Below, piece by piece: positions 37,519-48,989 of a stretch of DNA of 64,000 nucleotides. The first letter of the stretch is position 1; each line of letters starts with the position of its first letter. The stretch is from Glaucostegus cemiculus. Lineage: Eukaryota. The stretch covers positions 6,882,001 through 6,946,000 of the forward strand of contig CDPCPM010000102.1 in assembly GCA_976551045.1 (NCBI GenBank), in the 5' to 3' direction. Both the position numbers and the translations under genes were made by a program. The notes beneath the pieces were generated by a model. The model made no database searches. It was not told the DNA's origin and was given only the letters and a program-made list of their open reading frames with translations.

Positions 37519-37823
37519 GGATGGCACGGTAGTATAGTGGTTAGCACAATGCTTTACAGCACCAGCCACACGGGTTCAAATCTGGCCACTGTCTGTAAGG
37601 AGTTTGTATGTTCTCCCTGTGTCTGTGTGGGTTTCCTCCGAGTGCTTCAGTTTCCTCCCACATTCCAAAGACGTACAGGTTAGGAAGTTATGGACATGCT
37701 ATGTTGGCGCCAGAAGCGTGGCAACACTTGCGGGCTGTCCCCCAAAATCACTACGCAAAAGATGTATTTCACTGTGTGTTTTGATGTACATGTGACTAAT
37801 AAAGATCTGATCTTACCTTATCT
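37519..37823 (+). mobile_element. Full-length tRNA-derived V-domain SINE
   Basis: A box tagtatagtgg (~37530-37540), B box ggttcaaatc (37573-37582), V-domain gagtttgtatgttctccctgtgtctgtgtgggtttcctcc..ttcctcccacattccaaagacgt, tail aataaa plus (atctt)-like repeats. Confidence 0.92.
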
Positions 37824-40800
37824 CAGTATGATATTTTCCTTGGTTGCTGCCATAAAGGTTGGTCTGTTGGTTGTTGAATTAGAAATGAAAAAAATAATTA
37901 CTTTGATATTTCTAATTATAATTACAATTTTGTTTATTACAGAAATGCCACATTTCTGAATGCTTTGAGGGAAAACATTAGGTATTGAATTGGAATAAAT
38001 CAGTGACTGAACTGATCATAAAACTTCAATAATCTGGTCCATGGTAATATCAGTATCAGTGCAACACTCTTCTGAAGCATGGATTTGAACTATAATTAAC
38101 TGTTATGTGAAATAGTTGCATTTTAATCATTACAGTGCCTTTTAGGTTCTTGCAACTTGTCTTTCAAATAGATGACTTATCTCAAATTTAAAGTTGGAAA
38201 TTTTTGAGTACTACTGATTTTAGAGTGCAATTAGTCAATTATTGCCGTCAACATCTGTGTAAATATTAAAAAAGTATACTCAGAGGTTAGTTGGTTAATG
38301 AAACAAAATAGCTAAAGAAAAACTGAACTAGCTTACTTAAAAGGGCCTTCTATGCGTAGGTAGGGATTCAAAATGTTGCTCGTTTTTCTGACAGTTTTCA
38401 AAACTTCATTTATACCAAGCATAATGTGAAGACTAAATGAACATCAAAAGAAATAAAAATAAATTCAGTATTTTGACATTTAATTTCAAAAGTAGTCTAA
38501 AGGTAATTAATGCTTCTGTAAGTTGTGTCTTTAATGAATGTTGTCATGTCTCATTTTAAAAAGAGAGCATTTTTATTCTGTTCATCGTGTTCTCAGGATG
38601 CCAAAAGTGCTTTACAACCAATTAAACAGTTTTTGAAGTGTAATCAATGATGTAGGAAGCATAGCAAGGTCTTACAAATGACAGTGTGATTATAGGCATA
38701 CATTGTGTATTTCTAATGACATTGAAAATAAATATTGGATATGATATCTAGAAGTACTGCTATTGGACCTATTGGATGCACTTGGGAAAGCAGGTTAAAA
38801 AAGGTTTCTGAAAATGTTGTCAGATAAAACATTGTACTTAAAATATCTGGAGTGAGACTTAGAATTAAGCTTTAAGAGTTCACAGCTTCGCTTCCTGCCT
38901 AGTTGGAAGGAAAGGCAGTTGTGTGTGTTTGAAGTGGAACAGGTACAATGGAGAGAAACTCTTTTTAAGATGAGAGTTACAAACCAAATGAGAATTTTTG
39001 GTCTGTCAGATATATTCAGCTTGGTGTAAGATGGTTTGGTACTTGCTGTATTAATCTTCTTGACAGTGGATACTGACTGGAGCTTGAAGCAGACCACTCC
39101 TTGGCAATACAGCGAGTGATCTTATTGCATTTCCCAGGTTATACTGCAGACTAAATCTTGGGCAGTAAAGATAAATTCCTGATTGTAGCAGATGCTGTTG
39201 GTGCTGAATCCAAGAAAATCTTCCACCAGTGTATAAGGCTGGAAGCCATTTCTGAGACAGAACTGTGGCAGAATGATTCAGGTTAACAATTTAAATATTG
39301 TTTGCTTTGAGCATGCCAGAAACTAGTTACTGACTACCAAATATAGAAATTTAATACATGCATTACACTTTCGCCCTGCTTGCCTCACAGTTGCAGATTA
39401 AAACAGTTACCTATTTTACCCAAAACACAAGTTGTGTTGTTGCATTATACTTCACGAAGGAAGCTTGCATTTTTGTTGGGATATGGCCCTTGTTTCACAC
39501 TTAACTGGAATTATCTTCAAGCTCTGTTAGGAGAGAGCTCAAAATGTGACAGGGGCCCTGGGGATTAACGTCTGCTTCTGATTTGTATCCTGTAATGAGA
39601 CAGATCTTGAGCTCCATTGTGTGAATGCAAGCGTTTACAGATTGATTCTACTGCAGATGTCATTTCATCAGCAATCAATGAATCGGAAATTTGATGCACA
39701 GGGAGTGGCCACTTGGTCTATTGTGTCTATGCCAGACAAAAAGGATAAATTCCACAAATGAGATCAGTCCACTTTGCCGCTCTGAGTCTATATATCCTTG
39801 TAGGTCACATCACAATCAACACTCATCTATGTATGTTTAAGTAAGATGAAGGTTTCTATTTCTTTTAAGGCAGTCATTTCCAGATCAAATCTTCATTTGG
39901 ATAAATATTTCTTTCTTTTTCATTCTTACTTGGTCACTGGTAGTTTTGCATACCCTGATTAAATCTGTCTTCATCCATCTTTTATTTAAAGTAGCCAGAC
40001 TTTTCTAATAATTGAAACACTGCTGTCCATGTCTGATGATACCCTGTTGTGCGAGGAGAGCTATGCACAGTTCTAGCTCAAATAATGTCCATTCATCCTA
40101 AAATATCAGCCACCCTTAGGTGCAGTGGTGCTGATATTTTTTAACAAGCTTTTTAAAATCCTCATATATAAGCAACATATAATAGGTAATACTGCATTGA
40201 TTATTTGTTCCAAATTTTTCATTGTTTATTGGTATCTATTATTTATATAGGCAAAATTATCATTTATTGCAAATTGCTAACAGCATCCAGACAGTTTGCC
40301 TGTGGTTACAGTTTTTTGGCATCAGCAACACTTACAACATGAGCAATCTTATTGCTAGTACATCAGAATCATAGCAACATAGATGAGACCATTCGCCCCA
40401 TTGAGTTTTTGCCAGTTTATAGTAGAGCAATCATGTTAGTCCCATTCCCCTTATCTTTGCCCATTTTTCTTGATTATGGAAGGATAAAATTTTGACGATC
40501 TTACTGATGATATTTTGAAACCCTTGTTAATAGCCTCAGTCACCATTATCTTATTTGAACCTTTCTTTAATTGAAGAAAGCATGGAGACCAATCCATAAA
40601 ACAGTGCAACAGAAGAATTGTGAGCTCTAGCTGGAGGTGATTCTGCAGGTCTGACCACACTTTATTTGAGAATGTTATTTTAGAGAACCTTATGTTACTG
40701 AGGTTGCATTGTTGTAGTTGAGTATCTTTGCTTGTAGTTTCATGCAGTAGAGCCAAAAAAAAAGAAAAACTAGTGACAGGAAGAGGGAATCAAAGGCAGG

Positions 40801-40904
40801 TAAAATAGGTTTGAGGTACTAATTTGTACTCATAGGATTGAGTTGTGCAGCTAGCTCAAAGGCCTGAATTGACTACTCTGTTCTGATAAGAAAATCTTCA
40901 ACTA

Positions 40905-41030
40905 GAAGTATGATAGAAGGGCATCGACCTGCAAGATTGCTTCTTTCTCTTTCCTTTCCACAGATGCTGCCTGACCTGCTGAGTACCTCCAGCATTTTTC
41001 TTTTATTACATTTTTGTAGCATCTATAGAT
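40905..41030 (+). repeat. Penelope-like terminal-repeat fragment immediately upstream of an RNGTT exon
   Basis: ccacagatgctgcctgacctgctgagtacctccagcatt is the reverse complement of the motif at 42740-42778. Confidence 0.75.
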
Positions 41031-41095
41031 TTTTTGCTTTTTAAATAAAATCTAAATATGCTATGCTTAATTATTTTATCTTTGCTTCCTTTTAG

Positions 41096-41260
41096 GGAAA
41101 GCCAGTTGGTGACTGTGACTTTAATGTTCGATTGAGCTGTATTGAGAAGGAGATAATACAGCCACGGCATGAGAAAATGAAGACTGGCCAGATTGACAAA
41201 ACTAGGGAGCCATTTAGTGTGCGAAACAAGCCATTCTTTGACATCCATGCTGCAAGAAAG
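41096..41260 (+). CDS. RNGTT: RNGTT internal coding exon (165 bp)
   Basis: Acceptor tctttgcttccttttag|GGA and donor AAG|gtgaat, phase 0/0. Reads [55 protein letters not shown]. Confidence 0.97.
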
Positions 41261-42737
41261 GTGAATAATTAAAAAAAGAGCACAATATTTGATGTTTCTG
41301 TAGAGATTTAAATAAAACCAGTGGAATGATAGAGTATGTCCATCATATCATACAGCAGTGTTGAAGTACTTAATGTACAAGCATTGTTCAGTTGCAAATA
41401 TTGTTGCATCTTAACTAATTTTACGTCAGGGTGTTAAATTCTTCTGGGTCCAACAATGAACCATTTTCAAGGTCCTGTTAAAGCTTCTCGCCCATGTCAC
41501 CAGTTTCTTACACCAGATAACCCTTTGATACCTGTTTCCTCCTCGCTTTCCTGGAGGGGACTGAATGGATATAGCATCATTCTTTACATTAAGTATCAGC
41601 AGCGTAAAATGTGAAGCATAACTTGAAATGAAGAAATTGAATGGATGCCGACAACAGTTGAAATTTTTTTCTTTTAATATTTTAAGAAGGTCATTTGTTG
41701 CCCCAGAATTCCATTAGCTCTGCATTTCTATGGGCTTCAAAGTATTGCAGCAATTCTGAGATGTTTTGAAAAAAGTTGGATGGGTCAAATATTGAATAGA
41801 ATCAGAATAAATTGAGGCGGAGGTGAGTATGCAAATTAATCCAGACTGGAGGAGACAGCTGATGTAAACCTGGAGAATTTATAACTGCATTGTTCATGAC
41901 CTTGGAATGTCTCAATGATTTTCAGTTGGAGCAATTGTAACTTGTATTTTATGTACCACCTTTAACAAAGCAACTCATCCAATGTGCTCTATGGGAATGA
42001 TATTAAATGAAATTTGTTGCAAATTACATGAGGTATTATGGAGATGACTCAAATTTTGATCAAAGAGATGGGTTAACGAGTGATTTTAAAGGCAGAAGGA
42101 GATTTAGGGAGCTTTAGACCTCAGAGATTGAAGTTATTGCTGTAAATGGTGGAGCAATTAAACTTGGGAATGATCATGAAGTCAGAATATTTAGAACAGA
42201 GATATCTCGTAAGGTTTTTAAGACCGAAGTAAATTTCCAGAGAAACAGGAGGAAATGAGACTATAGAGAGATTAAAGTTCAGGTGGAAAACTTAAAATCA
42301 AGGCTTTGCTTAACTGAGAGTCAGTGAGGAAAGAGATATTGGGGAAGAGGACTTGGTGTGGTTTAGGATATGGGCAGCAGAGTTTTGGATGACTTCAAGT
42401 TAACGGGCAGTGAAGTATGGCAGGTCAGCTAGAAGTACTTTTGAAATATATTACTGCTGTATTACATTGAAGTTGACACAGTAGCTGACTTCAGACCAGT
42501 GATCTGATTTTAGTTGAGGGATAAATTGTAGAGGATGAGTGCTAGGATATTGATGAATCTACTTAAAATTCTTTAAAACTTCAAATTCACTTAAGTCAGA
42601 ATAAAAAAATGACATGGCAATATTTCAGAGTCCGTGCTTCAGATAATACAGTACTCCTTCAGACTGTATTGAAGAGTCTGGAGAGGATCCTGAATCCTAC
42701 ATTCATTTAACCATTTGGGGTAGATAGAGCAACACAC

Positions 42738-42823
42738 ATGATGCTGGAAGAACTCAGCAGGTCAGGCAGCATCTACAGAGGGAAATGGACAATCAGTGTT
42801 TCAGGTCAAGACCTTTCATCTGG
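42738..42823 (-). repeat. Penelope-like terminal-repeat fragment with hammerhead-like core
   Basis: Minus strand: CAGATGA-a-aggtc-tt-gacct-GAAAC-actgattgtcc..gatgctgcctgacctgctgagttcttccagcatca. Confidence 0.75.
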
Positions 42824-44422
42824 TGTAGATAGAGCTGACGTAATGAATAAAACAGAGTTTGGAAACCCATGAGAAGCAAAGTTTAACTAATTAAAGTTTA
42901 TGTAGGGTTGAGCATATTGAATCTATTAGAAAATAAAATCCATCATCAGTTTGTTATCTGCAGTCTTGCACTGTAGGATTCAAACCTTTTCTAACTGGAG
43001 TTCACAAATGATGAGGGTTTCAATGTTTCAGCAGCAACAGCTGGATTGCAATGGCCACTTTGAATTAAGAATTTTGATGATGATTGTAAGCTATTGAAAT
43101 TAAGATTTGCTTGCATTTTTCATCTCTGAGGTAACCCAGTACCAGTATATGTATTAAATTGATGTGAAAATGATGGATTAGTTTGCAAAAGAATTCATAG
43201 TGGATCCTGCATGACATTTCCATACTTACAGATCATTAAAGATGCACATAAGGATGTTTGTGTAATTGAGCTTTGATTAATTTTGACTTTGAGAAATGTC
43301 AAGCAGTTGCAAAAACTTAAAAACATAGTGAAAATATATAAAGGAGTCGACTTTGATGAATCTTCCAGATTGCATTATGCATATGCAAGCAGATTGTCTT
43401 TAATTGTGCATCCACTATGGTAGTGATTTGCACTAATTTTAAGTTATTTTATTATCAGTTCCTTTATAATTGAACCCTCAGCTTTCAACAGAAGGGAAGT
43501 AAATTTTGTGATGAGGTTAATATCAGTTCAAGTTCTTTGTGTCTTTTCACATGTCCATTTGATGCAGCCTACGTGTATTTGATGCAGCTTATTATAATGT
43601 ACATATCCAAGTGAGAAAAGTGGCTTATCAACTTGTCTAAAAGTACTGTAACATCTAATTCAAATGCCAAGGTTAAACTTGAAGGCATGTGGATGTGTAA
43701 ATGTGTAAACAGTATTGCTACTTTAACCTAATTCCTGTGAAAACTTTTATTAAATGTTACGGTTTATAATGTATAAATTATCAACTAATGCAACCTATTT
43801 TTGATTGCTGCATAAATATGGGAAAACATATAAAATTGTACTTGGATATTTCAGTGGTGAAGTAATTACTCCAAATAACAATCAACTTTAGATTCTAAAG
43901 CAGAAATCTTTTAATGTGTTAAAGACCATTCTATGCAATTCATAGTGAGGGTTGAAATTATTTAATAATCTTTTGTATAATCTCTATCAATAGACTACAA
44001 ACTTAACTCTGTCATGGTGTGTTCCTTGTAGGATGTTTGCTTAGAAAGCTTCCAAGAATTTGGGAGACAGTATGTTTTGAAAACCCACTCTGTTCTAATT
44101 GAGAAAGTCAGTAAAGTTGACCTAGCTATTTTCCTGTGGAGAAGTTTGTTAGCCAACAGTACTGAATTGTTGCTCTTCTGATGTTTCATTGAGACCAAAA
44201 GCCGCCTTAATGTTTTTTTCCTTCCTTGTACTTTATTTGTTGATGTGCGCTATTTGCCATTATGCTTTGTTTGCTTTAAGGAAATTTCTACAAATGTTTC
44301 TCTCTTCTACCATATGGATAAATAACACATTTAAAAATATACAGCCCTGACTCACCCAGTTCAATCTCTACAAATAACTTGTGAAGGGTATCCATACATT
44401 TAACAAATAGTAATTTCATTCT

Positions 44423-44560
44423 GTGTCAACCATCAGCTCAGTTGGTAGAACTCTTGCCTCTGAGTCAGGAAGCTGTTGGTTCAAATCCCATTTGAGTCTA
44501 TTAAGTGGGTTAATATGCAGATGCAATTTTGGCAAATGAGATGAAACTGAAGCTTTGGAA
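44423..44560 (+). mobile_element. tRNA-derived SINE head (Deu-type), not a tRNA gene
   Basis: A box agctcagttgg (~44435), B box ggttcaaatccc (44478-44489), no acceptor stem; followed by a decayed Deu-like gatgag..aaactgaag segment. Confidence 0.65.
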
Positions 44561-44932
44561 ATTGCAGATGAAATATTTTATGCATCCGATTGAGGACATT
44601 GGTGTGTGGGTAGGTGGGAAAGGAGGAAGATTATTGGGAAAGACTGTGTCAGGGTGGTTGGAAAATAGGAGTTGGGGCTGGAATATATATGGGAAGTGAG
44701 AAATGAAGAATGATGGGAGATTGGCTAGTGAGCAAGCATTAGGACCAGCATTATTGTGGAGGCGATCAAACGTGTTCCTTAGGAAGAAGGTTAGGGATAG
44801 AGATGTGCACTTGAGGAAATTTGTTGGGATGATTGGGGGAACAATTGGTTAAGATGAAGAGTCATAAGTGAAATCCAAATAGAGGCATATGGGGATGGCT
44901 TGGACTCACTGGCAGCATATGGTTATGCCTTT

Positions 44933-45756
44933 TGTTACGAAACCAGCAACAAAAGAAGCACACCAAGTCATACTTCAGTGTTAAATCTACTTTATTAATA
45001 ACTATATCCGATAATACGTAAAATAAGAATAAAAAGTTAGTATATTAGTACACAATAAAATGTTAAAATCTTAAACTATAACCCCAAAACTACTCGTCGT
45101 GTGTGTGCGGCAAGTTCCTAAACTCCAAGTCCAGGAATTAGGTCTTAAAGTTCAGTTCAGTAAGCCGTAAGATGACACGAATAAAGGCTTCTTCACAAGC
45201 ACTGTCCACCGAAGACAAAATATAGATATAGAGAGAGATTAGAGAGGAATCACGAAATCCAAATGTTCCACTCGAAACTCAAACGACACTTCAGGGCTTA
45301 CTCAGTAGTGACTTTCTCACCCTGAAAACTCCTTGAATGTTGACTGTCCATGCAAATACCTGTGTTCTTCTACAGGTTAGCAGCAAAGTGAATTCCGTCA
45401 CTTTGTTCCACAGTATCTGCCACTCGGAAGAGCATCCAAAATGTGGTTGTTCACGCAAACACCTGTGTCCTTCTACAGGTTACCGACAAAGTGAACTCCA
45501 CTGGACTACTCCAGAAATCCATCCACGGATTTTAGTGACAAACACAGTTACTGTCCTTCATCCAACGACAGAAACAAAACAAGCTGCCTTCTCTCCTTCT
45601 TCTCTCTTTCCGTCTGTCTGTCTCTCTCTCTTATCTTTTTCTTTCTTGTAATGATGTCACCACGTTAGTCTTATCTTCTGCTGACGTAATACGTTGCACA
45701 CACACACAATGTCCCATCTAAAAGGGATATTTGCCTAAGTAAGCTACTTCGTAACA
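44933..45756 (-). mobile_element. Long terminal repeat (824 bp), 3' LTR of a Gypsy-group element
   Basis: Perfect 9-bp terminal inverted repeat TGTTACGAA...TTCGTAACA. Minus-strand AATAAA at 44996-44991. Purine-rich tgggagg (PPT-like) abuts the LTR on the minus strand at 45763-45757. Confidence 0.85.
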
Positions 45757-45942
45757 CCTCCCACACAAACAGAATTTTTTTTTCCAAAAAAAATTATTAT
45801 CCGCGCATATAGTTAGTGATGTTAGTAATTATCATCCTACATAATAACAGTATATCAGATTAGTAACGATATAGGTCTTTCGTTTAACATCGAGAAAGGC
45901 AATCAGCAATTACATTATCTTTGCCTTTAATGTGAATTACCA
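45757..45942 (-). mobile_element. End of Gypsy pol (RNase H C-terminus, stop codon, 3' UTR, PPT)
   Basis: Minus strand 45940-45884 reads VIHIKGKDNVIADCLSRC*, the Ty3/Gypsy RNase H terminal motif H..G..N..AD.LSR. Confidence 0.85.
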
Positions 45943-46547
45943 AGCAGTGAAGGTGTCTTCAACTCTTTGGCTAATACCAGGTTCAGTGTTTAAGGTCTGC
46001 CATTTGAGGGTTTTGTAGCTAGTGAAATTTTGCATTAATGCCACCGAAATGAACACATTTTGCCACTTGTGTATTGTGTACTAAGGATCCAAATCAAATA
46101 TCCACAAATTTGCTACTGGCACATGAAGTATGATTTTAAAAAAATCCAATACATGATGGCTAAAATAATTTCTTTTGTTTCTAATAAGTAAAATGTTTTA
46201 TTAACTGAAAATGATAAGGCTTGTAGCAAGGCAAATGTTGGATTGTATTACACAGTCTGTTTTGGATCTTCAACAAAAGGTGTGAAAGTTTAAGCTGTAC
46301 TCCAAAATGAAAGATTGATTTTTCTATGTGTGTATCAATGATTAAAGAAATATTATAGCGGTAATGAAATTTAGAAATCCAGAAACTGCAATTTCTCTTT
46401 TTTAGCCTGTTTATGTTTTTCTTAAAGACAGTGGCTGCTGGAAACCAGTTAAATGATGATCCATTGTTCTGTAAACTAATTTTTGTAATGGAAGTGTAGG
46501 TAAAACCATTGGCATATCTAAATTCTTATAGTTTGATGACTGGGCTG

Positions 46548-46655
46548 GATCAGAATTAGCATCAGATTTAATATCACTTATGTATGACATGGAATTTGTT
46601 GTTTTGCAACAGCAGTACAATGCGAAGACATAAACATCTATAAATTAAAAAAATA
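46548..46655 (-). mobile_element. Short 3' tail fragment of a Rex1-like LINE
   Basis: atcagaattagcatcagatttaatatcact..gttgttttgcaacagcagtacaatgc: tandem tail plus Rex-like 3' UTR in reverse. Confidence 0.5.
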
Positions 46656-47269
46656 AAATTACTGGCACTCCAGTAACTTGGGCTACATTATTATATTATT
46701 GTGGAAATTAATTACCTTGGAATAATTTTATAGTTAGTGCAGTGTTGGATTTTAAACCAAAAACTTTACAGACTTCAATGTGAAATGATTGCATTTTATT
46801 CCAGTGCTGTGCATGTTCCAGCATGGTAACCAGAACTCTGTTGCTTATTCACACAGGCAAATATTGGATTAAAGTTTCTTGGCTGTTTAAGAATCTCCAA
46901 AGCAAACTAGTGAAACATTCACCGAGTTAGAATATCAGTTGGTTGAAAAGATTTTCCTCCGAGGAATCTTCAAATAGCTGAGAGCATAGAATAAGAATCA
47001 GTCAGAAATCTTAACACACATTTGACCTGCTCGCCTCTTCTCTGCTTAGTGTAGACTGACTTTGATAGAAGCTAAAAGTTCAGGGATGTGACTGTATCTA
47101 CAAAGTGCCAGAATTTAACCAGTGCAGGTAGCGAGATTAAGTATTTAGCCGACAATTCGATTTGAATTGATTTCCAGGATTTATCTGTAGTGAGTGAGAT
47201 GTTGTGGCATTGGTTAAAAGAGTTTCTATTTAATGTCTTGGATTAGAATATAGCAAATACAAGCTGAAA

Positions 47270-48300
47270 TAGGCTATCATTAAGATTGGTCCACCATTAA
47301 CTGAGATCATGGCTGATCTGATCTTGGTCTCAGGTTCACTTCCTACCTGTTCCCCATAATATTTGACTGCACAACAGACTAAAAATCTGTCTGTTTCACC
47401 CTTGAATATTTTTAGTGAACTGGCTTTTGTAGCTATTGGGCAAGAGAAACTCCTGCCTTAATGACCCTCTGAGAGAAGAGGTGCGGTCTCACCAACTTCT
47501 TATCTCCTTATCTTTATCTTAAGTGGGCAATCCTCCAGCATATCTACCTATGTTTCAAAATAGTTCACATCTTGTTTTCCAAACTCCAACGAGCTTAGGC
47601 CTAACCTGCCCAACCTTTTCTCAGAGTGCAACTCCACCATCCCAGGAATCGACCACATGCACTGCCTCCAAAGTACGTGCATCCTACTTAGTTAAGGAAA
47701 CTAAAACTGTAACTGTGTGCCAGGTGTGATCTCTTTAACTCTGTGTACAGCTTTAGCAAAATCTTAACACTTTTACACTCCATTCCCTTTGCAATAAAAT
47801 TGGAACTTAAGTTTACCATCCCAATAATTTTACCTGCATGGTAACTTCATATGTTTCATAAACAGCAGCACTTTGTCCAGCAGCTTTCTATATCCATTTA
47901 AGCTCTATTCTAGTTTTCTATACTTTCTGCCAAAGTGGATAACCTTACAATTTCCTCTATGATGCTCCATTTGCTAACTTTTAGCCCATTCGCTTAACTT
48001 TATATCCTATAATCCCTTTGCAGTCTCATTGCATCCTCTTCACAACTTGCTTTCCTGCCTGTCTTAGCATTGTCAGCAAATATGACTACAGTATATTTGG
48101 CCCTTCACTAAAGTAATTATTGCAGATTGTCAATAGTTGAAGCCTCAACTGCTTGCCACCCTCAAAATGATCCATTTATCCTGACCATGTGTTTTGTCAT
48201 TAGCCAATCTTTTGTCCTTGCTAACATGTTAACCCCCGTATGAGTCTTTATCTTGTGCAGTCATCTTTAATGTGGTGCCTTTCAGAATCTCTTCTGAATT
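47270..48300 (-). mobile_element. Old CR1 LINE 3' portion
   Basis: Reverse-complement tail (gagatcatggctgatctgatc); minus-strand FADNAK at ~48085-48065 (decayed FADDTK). Confidence 0.75.
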
Positions 48301-48584
48301 TGATTCATTCCCAACAGCTAATATCCAGAAATATAATCTGAAATTGTTGAACCTGAAGGTTATAAAATGCCATACTGAAAGATGAGTTTATAGAATAAGT
48401 TAGTCACCCTTTGGAAAAGAAATCCTCCTGTCATCCAACCTAGATCTGCTCGTCTGGGATGGGCACAGGAAAATGCTGTTGACTTAGCAGTTCAGCCAAG
48501 ATCACATCAAATAGTATACTGGGCTTGAAGGGCACACAATGAAGGCACAGTGGCACGGTTACTGTGTAGGAATAGTTGAGAAGA

Positions 48585-48687
48585 AGGTCGACTGTCCAAT
48601 TCCCTCCACAGATGCCTCTTGATCTGCTGAGTTCCTGAATCTTGTTTGTTGCTCCTGATTCCAGCATCTGCGGTCTCTTGTCTCTCC
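48585..48687 (+). repeat. Penelope-like terminal-repeat fragment
   Basis: gtcgactgtccaattccctccacagatgc..gatctgctgagttcc..gattccagcatctgcggtctctt. Further decayed copies at ~25960-26110, ~56215-56350 and ~60555-60605. Confidence 0.7.
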
Positions 48688-48989
48688 TTCTTATCTGACA
48701 TAGTGGGTACATGAGAGAAATACAATACATTTTATGAAATTGGAACTGACCCCCTACTTGTAAACACACATGAGGGACTGAAGGAGGACTGCTCTGCTAT
48801 GGCTGATACACAGCACCTGAACAAAATTGTAGCAAAACCCTAAACGTCAAATTCAAGCATACATTTTTGAATTAAAAATGGATAATTTGCTTAACCATCT
48901 CAGAAATTTTTGCCGGTTGCATGGGAATTCCAGATACATAAATACCAGATAAATGAGAGTTTACTGTACTTGATGCCAGGGAGGATGGC

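Noticed and set aside
43557-43591. Short tandem duplication atttgatgcagc x2
   Set aside because: Ordinary 20-bp slippage duplication with no further structure.
44423-44495. Possible tRNA gene
   Set aside because: A and B boxes are present but there is no acceptor stem or terminator, and it continues into SINE-like body sequence.
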